Origin: Pseudovirgaria hyperparasitica
Taxonomy: Eukaryota
Assembly: GCA_010093815.1 (NCBI GenBank)
Contig: ML996574.1
Direction: 5' to 3' (one strand)
Length of the DNA: 64,000 nt
Made by a program: the position numbers and the translations under genes. Positions 1 through 11,567 of the stretch are shown here, one piece after another. A model generated the notes under the pieces. The model was not told the DNA's origin, did no database searches, and saw only the letters and a program-made list of their open reading frames with translations. The stretch's first letter is position 1, and each line of letters begins with the position of its first letter.

Positions 1-2066
1 GCGCAGGCGAGCATGGCGCTTCCGTCGATTGGGCTGCGGCATAGACACCATAGTGTTGGGGTGGGGGGTTGGTGGGATAGGGGGGATGGTGGTGATGCAA
101 ATTTGATTATTGGGGCGGTGCCGTAGCGAGGGCGTTTGGGGGTTGGGGACGTGGGTTTGGTGGTGGGTTTGGTGGTTGTGGGCTTAAATGATGGTTGGGG
201 TTTGTTTCTTGTGCGAGTCGAGGTGTTTGTTTTGCGCGAGGACCGGATGCGGCTACGGGGGCGAACGGCGAGGGAGTTGTAGTGTGAGCATGGGGCGTCG
301 ACAGAGACCAAGGTGGTGGGAGCGTGATCGATCGTGTCTGGGTCAATGTCCGACTCTGGACCTGGGGATGGGTATGGCGCTGTGGGTATGTACTCCACGT
401 CTCTGGCGAATCGAAGGGTTGTGTGCGGGACGAAAGGGATCAGGACGGCCGTTTCTGCGAATCTGACAGTGCGCGTATCCAGCTTTTCTGCCGTACGAGG
501 CCGCGCAGGCATGAGGTCGTTACAGTCGTCAAAATCATGCTTTGGTAAGGAAGCATAACCTAGAAATTCATTATTCTCGGGACGAGATTCGTGGAACTGT
601 CTGACGTCGACGTACTCTGATCCATCATCAGTGTCTGCTTGTATGTGTGTTTGGGATTCACGATCCTTCTCTTCGTCACCGGAACTGTCGAGCATGACGT
701 ATATCTGGGTTTTGCCGTTATTCATGGCCTTTATGTCCGTTGTGCCATCGAGCCCTAGAATGGAGGGATCATTGTACTCTCTTGCTGGCTCTGTGTTGTC
801 GACGAGGCGGATTCTTGGAGTACGAGGAGGCTCAGGTGAGGCAGTCGATGTAGATGCTCGCTTTCTTGAATTTACGCTGCTCGGGGGACATACAGAGGAT
901 GGTAGTGGTCTTGGAGGAGGCCGCATAGTAGTAGGAGAGGTATCTGTGTACTGCTCTGACAGAGCAGAAGAGCGAGACGCTGACGTCGACTTTTGTCCAT
1001 TCTCCACCGATGTGAATGTCGAAGGCGTCAATGAGCCGTCTTCGGTGGGAGAGTCCTTGTATCGACCCCAAAGATCCTCAAGGCAGGATACGCAGAACCA
1101 CATCTTTATCAACCCACGATGATACGGTGTGAAATGGACCAGATCGCGAGTATATATCGGTATCTCACCGTTTGCAATATTCAACAACGGCGGACCCTCA
1201 AGCATGAAGTTGGAGACGACGTTCTCGATCGTAACGCATTTAGTATGGCTCTTGATGTGTCCAGGGGACCTGTAGCGGCAGAGAGGATGGGAACAGCTAG
1301 CAGGACCTGTGGGAAGGTCAATTCTGCGGTATATGAATACACAGCCATGTTCATGGTATGTCAGCGGACGAGATAGTGACGATCTCTTCGCAAGTTCACC
1401 TTCAAGGTGCCGCACCATCTCCCGAATGACGCCAGTGATCTGAAGGTCTTCTTCCCATTCAGCTCGACTGGGATGGTGAGCGACGCTCGGCGTACGAGAA
1501 AGTTTCAGCGACTGTTGATGGCGGTATTCAAGCTTCGCTCGCCAGTGTTCGACTCCGTTCTCTGGGGTCTCGATCCAACACGATCTGTTCTGACCTGTGA
1601 CGGCAGGCAGAGGCTTGTCGAGGTCCGGTATGAGTTTGCTCAGAGCATTGTCCTGGGGGTCACTCGCTGCTTCGCTATCGTCGTCGTCGTCGTCGTGTTC
1701 TTCGAAGCTGTAAACACAGGAAGTCGAGCGTGCGTTTATCATGTACAGCCTGTCACCTTGATTATCTCCGTCAACGCGTGGATACCCATCCTGATCTGTT
1801 TCGATCTCCATATCAGAGTCATCCATTGACTCGTCGTATTGATCTGCGCCCGCGTTCACTTCGTACAATGGCAAGTTGTTGTAGAATCGAGGACGCGCCG
1901 CCAATGGAACACCGTCCATAACTCTAAATGTCTCAAGAAAGGATCTCTGTTCAAACACTCTGCGCTCAAAGTGTTTGCGCCCTCGAGCGTAGAAGTATTT
2001 TATCTTTTTTTGGGGCGAAAGAGCGAGTCTGTAGAGCTTGTTGGGAATAGGTGACGCATCGGACAT
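1..2066 (-). CDS. PHD-finger protein (3'-partial, runs off window start), with an internal Cys-rich zinc-finger-like motif
   Basis: Manual translation from the ATG at 2066 (MSDASPIPNKLYRLAL...) gives no stop down to base 1. It ends ...PTLWCLCRSPIDGSAMLAC, the typical start of a PHD finger (CxC...M-x-x-C). Not in the ORF track because it has no stop in the window. Confidence 0.75.
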   Translation of the reverse strand, partial: MSDASPIPNKLYRLALSPQKKIKYFYARGRKHFERRVFEQRSFLETFRVMDGVPLAARPRFYNNLPLYEVNAGADQYDESMDDSDMEIETDQDGYPRVDGDNQGDRLYMINARSTSCVYSFEEHDDDDDDSEAASDPQDNALSKLIPDLDKPLPAVTGQNRSCWIETPENGVEHWRAKLEYRHQQSLKLSRTPSVAHHPSRAEWEEDLQITGVIREMVRHLEGELAKRSSLSRPLTYHEHGCVFIYRRIDLPTGPASCSHPLCRYRSPGHIKSHTKCVTIENVVSNFMLEGPPLLNIANGEIPIYTRDLVHFTPYHRGLIKMWFCVSCLEDLWGRYKDSPTEDGSLTPSTFTSVENGQKSTSASRSSALSEQYTDTSPTTMRPPPRPLPSSVCPPSSVNSRKRASTSTASPEPPRTPRIRLVDNTEPAREYNDPSILGLDGTTDIKAMNNGKTQIYVMLDSSGDEEKDRESQTHIQADTDDGSEYVDVRQFHESRPENNEFLGYASLPKHDFDDCNDLMPARPRTAEKLDTRTVRFAETAVLIPFVPHTTLRFARDVEYIPTAPYPSPGPESDIDPDTIDHAPTTLVSVDAPCSHYNSLAVRPRSRIRSSRKTNTSTRTRNKPQPSFKPTTTKPTTKPTSPTPKRPRYGTAPIIKFASPPSPLSHQPPTPTLWCLCRSPIDGSAMLAC

Positions 2067-2775
2067 AGCTGCACTGGGATGTGTCGAGAGTGTTATGCGT
2101 GCCGGAAGTGAACCAACACTTTTTCCGTGAAGCTCGAAATTGGACTCGAAAGAAGTGAAGAGAGAGCGTACATAATGTCTTTGAGAAGACTTCTGGCCAA
2201 TGCCCAATGACCACTTCTAGGATACAGTCGATACCAGTAACAGTTGTACATGACAAAATCGCCTGTCTGGCTGATTCACAACAACGATAACATGGGCTGA
2301 AACCGAGCTGTTCACAGAGCCGAACAAGTCCTAAAAGTAGTGCTAGAAGCAGGCTGACAGAACTAATATGTCAAGGACTTAACTTATATCAACGGAGTGA
2401 AAGTGATATTAGGTGAGCGAACTAGAATCGAATAAATTACAGTTCTAAAAAGGGTATTGGACGACCCGGTCGCTGAAACTGACTTTGCATGGGCAAAAAG
2501 GCCGACATAGGCATACAAAGTCCTCCCTTGTTACACCGAAACTACACAACCCGCAAAGTAACGCCGATGTTATGCATGTCGCATCTGTTCGTCTCCCGTT
2601 ATGTAACCTTGAAGACTCTGACTATGTCTTAATTTTGTAACGATCAAATTGATTGACACTGATCGTGCACTGAAAATGTTGCGCGCAAACAAGATCTTTG
2701 CGCGACGCCAAGAATGAAATCCAGAATTTACTGCCAGAAGACACGCAGTATCATCCGGTTGGAGGTGTCAATTGA

Positions 2776-3943
2776 TCACCAGATCTCGTTCCCCTTCACA
2801 GATTTCATATGCCAGTCAACGACTGAATCCTTGAAACTGGAATACAGTTGGGGCACGACCGCTTGCATGATGCCGTCAGCAAGCTGTCGCTTTGAGAGAT
2901 TCTTTTCTGTCCAAAAGTGCTTCAGAAATTGACCTGTGCAGCCCGAACCAGCGGCCTCTGGGAAGCCGTTCGCTTGTGCGCATGGGAGCGCCACGATCAC
3001 GCCCTCTTCAGGGAAATCGTAACGGATGTGCTCGCTGAACGCAGTTTGTTCACGGAAGGATTCGTATGTCCATTTAGTACATTCTTCGTATTCTTTGCCA
3101 GTCGTGCAATCGCCCCATTTCTTGTAGATCTCTTCAACCTTTGGTGCTTTGGCTTGAGAGAAGAAGAAACCAGTATTCAAAACGACATTATGTTTCGAAT
3201 CGAAATTGGGCTCGCCGGCAGGATCATTCGCCATGGCAATGGCAGTCTTGGACGTAAAGTTCCAATAGTTCATCATCCATTCTAGAGGAAGTTCTGGGCT
3301 GGTAAATTCGGCATCCGAGTCAACGGTGACGACCCAGTCATATGACTTCATGAGCTCGTGCGACATCAACACCTTGGTCCAGCCACCCTGCTGGTAATCA
3401 TATTCAGGGGATCGGATAAACTTGTAATCGTAACCGTGAATCTTAGCATATAGGTAATGCGACATAATTCCAGCAGAAAGGTGGTGAAGGTTTTCCCAGG
3501 TTGGTGCTTCGGGCGCGTTGACCTCACCCTCCTTGTCCAGTGGACGTGTGTCCACATCGAGAATCACCAACTTCTTGCCCAACTTCTTCGTGTAATAGGG
3601 TGCCTTTCCCATAGTGTGTACATTGCCTTCTCGATCGGTAAATGACTTTTGTGTTATGTCGACAGCAAGAGGTTTCCACAGGGCGCGTACGATATTGATA
3701 AACGATAGATCATCGGCAGAAGTTTCTGCATGAGCAGGCTCTACAGGTGATTTGTCGCCGGAGAAGGGTCTACAGTGATCAGTCTACTGTAGCGAGTAAT
3801 AAACATTGCGGTCGAGCTTACATTCTGCCGTGTAGATCCTCCGGGACGGTAGCTGGAAAGAAGAACAGGGTGAATCCGAAGAAGCCCAAGAGCACAGCAA
3901 CTGCAATGACAGAGCGTCGCCAGGCGACATTCAAGGCCGCCAT
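2776..3943 (-). CDS. Glycosyltransferase family 34 (Mnn10/Gma12-like), type II membrane protein; 2 coding exons
   Basis: Exon 1 encodes MAALNVAWRRSVIAVAVLLGFFGFTLFFFP (signal anchor). A GTAAGC..TAG intron joins it to the 278-aa ORF, which has YAKIHGYDY, WTK, the DxD motif (VDSDA), LNTGF and EQTAF. Confidence 0.85.
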
Positions 3944-5430
3944 GCTGAGAGAGATGACGAGACCAGGTTGTTAGCGTGGATGAGTCGTGGATGGTCAACG
4001 AGACTGTGTGAAAGAAGGGCTGATTAGGGTAGCTAGATAGGACAGAGACACGCAAAGGAAACGAGCAAGGACAAGGAGGAGGAATTGGCGAAGATCGTGC
4101 GAGTAAGTAGTGAACGAGAGACGAAGATATCGCCAATACCCTGAGGGGGCGACGTAGAAGAAGGGGGCAGTGGCGCGATTTTGTTGCGGGATCTGCCAAG
4201 CAAGCGACTAACTGCGTCTGGTACTGCTGTCAGGCTTCAGCTCAGACCTGCCGCTCCCCGGCTAACTACCGCTAATCCCTGTGGTACGTGTTATTATCGT
4301 CCCTGATTTGCTGCCGGATGTCATGTTACTGTAATCCCCTTCACCACCATCTCCTATCCTTTTTCTTCCCGCTGTTAATACCTGTTGTACTTATTCCTTA
4401 CTTACCGCTGCTCCTTTACTTTCTTCTTTTTTCTTGGTTTTTTTTCTGCCCCCTTCTCCTTATCTATTTGCGCAATGTGTCGTATTGCATGACCTTGTAA
4501 CCCTCTCCATTCAGGCAACGTCAGCACGTAGTCAGGCGACCACAATGCATGCAGGGACCAAATAGGCCTTGTGCCATACTCGTAGGAGGACAAGTGTGCT
4601 CTTGAGTGACAACAAAAACTCCTCAGTGTTTTCTCCGTCCGAGATAATGATATAAACAGTGAGTTGTTCAATTACACGGGAAATAGGAGGCACGGCCACT
4701 ATCTTGGAATCTCGCTGTTGTCTCACGTAAGCTGATCTGCTCAAGCCCAACAAGTTTTTGCCACTGTCGAGACGCCACCCCTGGAAGCAAAGACTCAAGG
4801 TTCAGGGATTGCTTTATTAACGATCATTATCATCAACATCAGCCGCACCCTGTTGTGTATAAGCATGTTTCAATTACAGAGAGGCATATATATCATATAT
4901 CATAATGTTACTACGCCGGTGTATGTATATAGACTGTTCGGCTGGCCGCCTTGCCAGACGTGTTCGAGTTCAAGTCCGTGACACGTTTAGTCCCTCCCGC
5001 CCCCTGGCACGTTCAGCAGATAGGCTAAGCCCCGAAATAGCCTAGTTCGTTCTATCTATATCTCCTTCTCGATAGACGTGGGACCCAGCGTAGTGATTCA
5101 GTAGTCTATCAATACTACTACCATAACGACCTCGACTTCGCCATTAAACAGCCTCCTTACTTGCAGCGATGACAGTCAGACCGCAATAACTTGCAAGGTA
5201 CTATGATTGCAGGGCGAAGACGGTGTACACAATCTGAGACAGCTTATATAAGGTCAGCCACGGGCCATATTATACTGATCTTGTTCTGGCTTTATTTGCC
5301 TAGTCCTCAACCTTGCGTGGACAGGATTCTACGTGTATTCACATTGCGCCCTCAAGATCTTACGTTTCGTAAGCCGTCGAACACGTACTGGCGCTCAGTA
5401 TAAACTGCTGCCCACCCAAGGTACATCCGT

Positions 5431-7188
5431 CTATCCCACCGTGTAAGACTCGGCCACAGACTTTATATCCTTAGAGAACGGAACGCTTTGGCTCATGCTC
5501 AATAGTGTTACCGAGGAGATCTATAAAACTAGATTAGTGTCCAACTCGATTGTATTCAAGAGAGGCAGGGCTTACGTCGACATCTAAGAAAGGCGTGGCT
5601 TTGGTGAACCGGACCTTCATCGGGAAGAACTCGGCATCGCTGTCGCCAGACGCCTCGAACTCGAATGAACCGGAACTGTTCTCAGCATTTACGGTTCCAA
5701 TGTTCCACTCAAGGCTGTCACCTGAGACCTCATAGACGGCATCAAAACTCGAGACGTTCGGCTCGTCTGTCGTGAAAGGGATAATCAGGGAAACGTCTTG
5801 GAGTTCTTCTCCACCCGAGAGCTCGTATTCAATGGTGATATTAAAGGAACTGCCACTTTCCTCGACCCATGCCCGGAAAGTGATAGGTAGATCGTCAACC
5901 TCATCAGGCTTCGCGCTAAGCTTCCATTTCATAACACCAATTGCCATGTTGGCGGGAAATCCTTTCGATGTGTCTGAAAGTTGTATCGTTTTCGAGTTCC
6001 TGAAGGCATTCTTGTCGACTTTGGGATGAGTGATGAGGTTGGCGCCTCGGTTGTTTCCAATCGCAAGATCAAGCTTAACTTGTGTGAAACTAGGATCAGA
6101 GATCTTGAGCTGCAATTGACCATTCACATCGAATGACTTGAGGATACCTTCCCTGTCCAACGACGCAGATATAGACTCTGCAGTTGTGATATGAATTGCT
6201 TCCCGATCTATAGACGTCGAGGTACGTCCAGCTGGAACGGCAACGGGAATCGATGCAGCAGGGGTGTTTGATACCAAAGGTGAAGCAATCTCCGCTTCAG
6301 GCCCGAGGTCTCCTTTAACTTGATCGAACATGTTTGTAGTTTTTGACTTCTTGCCAAGCTGCATACCTTTTCCTTGCTTCGACAATGGCCTATCGCTACG
6401 TTAGACATATGTAGGGAGATATGAATAAATAGTGACCACTGACTTTGACGTCTTGGCCTTTTCCGCAGCGTACGAATCATATGTGTCAGGAACTGTTGTA
6501 GGCACCGAAGGAGTATATGTAGGGTACGAGGGTGTCCGTGGAGCTGCACCCCGACTACTTCGAGCCATCTCTTTCCGCTGCATTTCAAGCTGTTTCGCTC
6601 TACGCTTCCGCTCCTCGCTGGCTTCAAGTTCTTTGTTCTGGTTACTCTGTCAGTATGGTCAAGAACATTACGCTGGTAGCTTCCTACTCTGGAGATGATC
6701 TCTTGTATTCTTTCTTCGTGACTCTCCATGTCTAGGAAAGTCTTAATTTGTGCAATGGTCAAGTTCTCCCGGTACCCGAGTGTGACCAATTCATCGAAGG
6801 CGCTGAGTAGTTCAAAGGCATTTCGTAAGATTTCGCGCTCGTCTAAACTTTTGCAGATGCTTGATACCACTTGTGCAAAGAGATGCAATGAGTTTATGTC
6901 TTGTAAAATATTGGATTGTCGGTTGGTGATAAGAACCATGTAGAGTTCGTCCAGAGGCTGGTAAACAAATCGAACGTTGTCTTGCTCGACGGTTGTGTGT
7001 TGTGTGCCAGAATCTGCGAGTTTAGGGAATGAGGCGAGCAAAGCTTCAATACGGGATCTTTGCATTTCTCTGAACTGCCTAGAGAGCACTGCTTTGCCCC
7101 CTCGGGTGCAGATGGACGCTGCGAGAACGACCTGTATACCATGAGCTTGTGCATGAAATTAAGAGGCGGGCTCTGTGCAAATTACCAT
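5431..7188 (-). CDS. RET2: Coatomer subunit delta (delta-COP), multi-exon
   Basis: An ATG-only first coding exon splices to VVLAASICTRGGKAVLSRQF...RIEALLASFPKL...MESHEERIQEII. C-terminal mu-homology domain (SGSFEFE, FFPMKVRF). The last exon ends ...SVAESYTVG* at 5431. Confidence 0.95.
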
Positions 7189-7800
7189 TATGACCGAATT
7201 ACACTCTGGCAACTAATGGTCGTAAGGTGTTACAATGATTCAATCGTCGCGCTGACTTTCGACGAGGCACTAATCACGATATCAACAGTTGTCCTCTTGG
7301 AGCTGGACTCTCGAAAGTGTGGATTGGCGGGCGCGCGGCCGGCAGACCGGAAAATCGTTTGTCCGCGCTGCGCGCAGGGGTAACTTTAAATGACAAACTG
7401 GTAAAACGCGGTTGCCACATCCGCATCGCGACACTGTCTATCTACGAGCACGTCCATCGCCCAACACTCTTTCTTTTTTTCAAAACACGACTCGACACAT
7501 AGCAGCGCTTACTTAACTTCGCCATCTCAAGACACTCGATCCACACATCCCTACACTCGCTTCCCCTCGAACACTACTACTTTTGATATTGACTGTCTTG
7601 TTCGCACTTCCTTACCGCACTTTGATCGTGGTCGTCCGAACTCAGTACAAAGCTGAAGTCAACCGCCGCGCCACTCAGAAAGACACAGTCCATCATCCAA
7701 CCTCGTATTCATGAGAATAACGGCCCTCCTACAATACGCCGCTCCTACACTAACACTTTAGCTCGCAAGTGATCTCTCAAACTACTCTGGATTTACGGAG

Positions 7801-10113
7801 ATGACTACCTTACACCCCTCACACGCGCCTCATGGCTCAAATGACGTCGACATGGACGACTTCGAGATAGACCTAACTGGTGTCGGCACACCCATGATGC
7901 AAGACAATGTCGAACTCGTTGATGAGATCTCATATGATGCGGACCTTCCAGACGCTCAGGCCAGCGCGCAGTCTCCCCAGTCTGTAGCCATGGATCATGA
8001 TGATGCCGAAGAGATGGCGGACGCCTTGCTGGAAGACGCTGAATATGACTTGGAACACAATGAGCACAACTTAGATCTTCAGGATGTAGAAGTCGATACT
8101 GAGTTTGTTCCTCAAACTGCAGATGCTTCTTTGGTAGACGCTTATCAGCATGAACTTCAATTTACCGGCAATTTGGAATATGAGACTCCCCAAGACTTGG
8201 CTGGTTCTATGGAAAACGCTTCCGTCCCTGAAATCGCTAATGCTTCCATGAGTGTATCGGGATCTATGGATGCAGCACAAGTGACATGGGTCACTGCCAA
8301 TGATGAGACTGCCCAATCTGCAGATGCTTTGCCCGCTCCCGCCAATAACCACCACCATCCTGATCCGGAGATATCGTATGATCCTGGCGACCCTGATGAC
8401 GGCAATCTTGTAGATCCATCAACGCGTCAAAGTCTTCCGCGACCTGACGCCGAGGCCGAATCTACTTCGCAGACTAACACACATCAAGATCTTCACTCCG
8501 AAGGCGATAGCAGCTCCAAGCTCGAGAATAAGCCAGAGACTTCTAATGAGGGAGCCACTACCGATAGCTACTCCAAATCGCATGAACGCATTTTAGACAA
8601 CTGCGAAAGCCATGAAGGCCATCGTGACGAAGATATTCCCAACGTAGATTCTGTCACGCAAGTTGTGGATGGCAATTCGAATGACACTAGTTCGTTAAAT
8701 ACTGCTCCTGAACCGAAACAAGTCGAGTCACTCCATCCAATTCTTGCAGATTGGGACGATGAGAGAGATTGGTTGTTTCAGCCAAATGCATCAGAAGAGC
8801 ATCAAGGCTTCTACCTTGAGCAATCAGCCTTAGCTCACGAAAGCTTTCCTATATTGTTTGCAGAGTTACGGAACGCACTCGGTGGCGATCTCGGAAACAC
8901 TGAAGAGCTCGAGATCGATATCCCTGTGTTCAACACTATCGTGCGTGAGGATGCTTGTAAGGATGCGTGTACCCTCGCAGACTTCGTGAACATGTACGTG
9001 CAATTGCACGAACTCGATGGCAATTCAACACCAGGACCGTTCGAAGTAGTTCTACGTCGACGCACAAGATTTGCCACTAGATTGGCACAAATTCGAGAAG
9101 CCATATCTTCCAAACAAGGTTTGTCGCAATTAAAGTTCCTAAGAGACTCGACTACGGTCGATAGCAGTGAATACTTGGAGGAAGATGACGATCAAAAAAG
9201 TGACGTTAGCAGTTCCGAAGGCGAAGAATTGTACAATGCCACAGAGGCAAAAGCGTCTATGAAAAAACCGGAACTACATAGTGATGATGTCGACCATGCA
9301 GGAGAAGAAGAAGAACAAGAAGAACAAGAAGAGGATGGAACTGCACTCATTGACGAAGCTGATGCGGCAAAGAGCGTTTTGATCACTGAGCTAGTGGACG
9401 CAAACGAAGTGACTGGAGACAGCTTGACTGAACAGTATGAAGAACATTCCGAGCATGATACAGAAAATGTTCTACCTGGAGAGCACGATGAGGTTCACTG
9501 GCAAGACGACGGGCTCGATGAAACTGAGAACAACAACACGGCTTCTGAAACCGCACCTCCGGAACTCGATGAGGTAACACTAGAAGCAGACTCAGAGAAC
9601 CATTCCAGGAAGCCTTCTACGCCCAATAATGTATTGTTGACAGATCCACACGCAGAGGGGGATAGCTACTCTGAGCAATACTTGGAAACGTCACATACCA
9701 AGGAGATTCAGCACGAAGATCACGGTGACTTGATAAACTTCGGTAATGAGAACGAGGTATGCGAAAATACCAGCGCTACGACCGAGGAACATTCCGGAGC
9801 AGTGGAACGCATTGTGACACCTCTCAATGATTCTGTGCCGGCTGAACTCGAGTCTAAAAATGAGTCAACCACTGCACAATTGTTGGCTGAAGATGATTTG
9901 ATTGATTATGACGACGAAGAAGACGAGCAAGCAGCAGCTCAAGCTGATTCGCCGTCAGCAACATCAACACCGACAGTCCAAGGGGATGAACCAAGCATTC
10001 AGATCCAGACACCCGAAAAAGAGACCTCTTCGCCACCATATAAGCGCAGTCGCGAATCTGACGAAGACAACTTGCGGGGCGATCCCGATATCAAGAAGCA
10101 CAAATCTGGATGA
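7801..10113 (+). CDS. Acidic, largely disordered 770-aa protein with a central conserved fungal domain (DUF2420/Rmr1-like)
   Basis: Single long D/E-rich ORF. The folded-looking core HPILADW..WLFQP..FYLE..LFAELR..ELEIDI resembles DUF2420 from memory. C-terminal basic KR/KK motifs look NLS-like. Confidence 0.7.
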   Translation: MTTLHPSHAPHGSNDVDMDDFEIDLTGVGTPMMQDNVELVDEISYDADLPDAQASAQSPQSVAMDHDDAEEMADALLEDAEYDLEHNEHNLDLQDVEVDTEFVPQTADASLVDAYQHELQFTGNLEYETPQDLAGSMENASVPEIANASMSVSGSMDAAQVTWVTANDETAQSADALPAPANNHHHPDPEISYDPGDPDDGNLVDPSTRQSLPRPDAEAESTSQTNTHQDLHSEGDSSSKLENKPETSNEGATTDSYSKSHERILDNCESHEGHRDEDIPNVDSVTQVVDGNSNDTSSLNTAPEPKQVESLHPILADWDDERDWLFQPNASEEHQGFYLEQSALAHESFPILFAELRNALGGDLGNTEELEIDIPVFNTIVREDACKDACTLADFVNMYVQLHELDGNSTPGPFEVVLRRRTRFATRLAQIREAISSKQGLSQLKFLRDSTTVDSSEYLEEDDDQKSDVSSSEGEELYNATEAKASMKKPELHSDDVDHAGEEEEQEEQEEDGTALIDEADAAKSVLITELVDANEVTGDSLTEQYEEHSEHDTENVLPGEHDEVHWQDDGLDETENNNTASETAPPELDEVTLEADSENHSRKPSTPNNVLLTDPHAEGDSYSEQYLETSHTKEIQHEDHGDLINFGNENEVCENTSATTEEHSGAVERIVTPLNDSVPAELESKNESTTAQLLAEDDLIDYDDEEDEQAAAQADSPSATSTPTVQGDEPSIQIQTPEKETSSPPYKRSRESDEDNLRGDPDIKKHKSG

Positions 10114-11017
10114 GTACTAATTTCCACACCTTATAGCAGCAATTAACCATAGATCTACGTCTCGACCGCGGGTAAGTATAACACAACATGTACTAACATC
10201 ATTTGCGGCATTTTCTACAGCATGAGTAGCAGAGCAGCTAACTCTGCGCTTTAATTCCAACAACCAATCGGTGGGTCTCTTTCAACACTATGAACTTCGG
10301 CGATACCCCTTCACGTTTTATACATTCACGTTTTACACAATCACGCTTTGATTATGTTGTTTGCATACCTTTCATTCAACGACAATAGCCCAACACCGTC
10401 TTCCGGGCGTATGTCTGACATTCGACTGCAACGAATTCGATGGACCTTGATGTCGAATAGGCTTCTTCAACTTTTCTCCTGTACAACAGCGAATGGCATT
10501 ACAGCATGCATTCCAACTTAGTCGACGACAAGCGACATTTGCATGTAGGCACATCTTGTGGCGGGATTGGACATATTCGTGAGCGGTATTTTATCGTGGT
10601 AGTGGGCATCACATCACAGGAAGGCTCTTTTGACAGTTCCTTTACATGAAAGAATCTATTAACATTCATGTGTGTCTCATTGCGTACTCAGTGCTAAGAA
10701 CATCGAATCGACTCAGTCTTATAACAACTCCGCGTGAGGTCAATACGATAGGGGTTGGGGCTGATTCCGTAGCTGACCACAACCCGTCCTTCATCCATCA
10801 CTTGGTCAGCATGGCCCATCCAGTGTGCTTTCACATTCGCAGTCGCTCATAACGCGGCACAACAATCCCGATAAGGACCGTGTAGATCTTGTTATGTGAT
10901 CTACTGCCCTAATTCATGACCCGTGTATATTTTCCTGTGGATTCTTTCTTAGCAAGTCACGATCGCCGGCAACAGCACTACCCTTCCCACATATAAACGT
11001 TACCAACAACACTCATA

Positions 11018-11567
11018 ATGCTCCTCGTCCCTAGAGTACCCGGCTTCGCAGTCGCTTCCACCTTCATCTCGCTCGGTGGGATTCTCAATGGGTATCTCTC
11101 TGTGCATCCTTGCCCTCCTCACTACACTCTTCTAGACATACCTTCTTCACTGGCCAACTCGCCGACCGTCGCGGTAGTCTGGGCAACGCTTGAATCTCTT
11201 CTCAAACTTCCTAGTCGCGGTTGCGACGCCGGCGTTTCTGGCGCGCAGTGCTTATGGTGCGTATTTCCTGTTTGGCTGCTTGATTCTCTCGACGGTTGTA
11301 GTTTTAGCCGCGTATATGCCGGCAACGAAAGGGAGGTCTCTGGAGGGGATGCACGAGGCGTTTAAACAGCCGCCGTGGAGGAGTTGGGCCAGTTTCCTGC
11401 GGGGACTGGCAAGTGCGTCGAGTGTGAGCGTGTCTGAGGCGATGGGTGCTGGAGAAAATAATCAAAGTGTGCAGCTCGACGAGCTTTCCCGCGATAGTGG
11501 TGAGGCAATGGCATTTGGTGCGTTGGGAGAGGTTGAGGGTCCTGTGAGGATCCTCACGACTGTCTGA
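11018..11567 (+). pseudogene. Internally deleted MFS sugar-porter pseudogene
   Basis: TM1-like FISLGGILNG, a motif-A remnant (FFTGQLADRRG then stop) in another frame, and C-terminal TM11-12 plus PATKGRSLE (PETKG motif), all within 550 bp. Confidence 0.75.
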
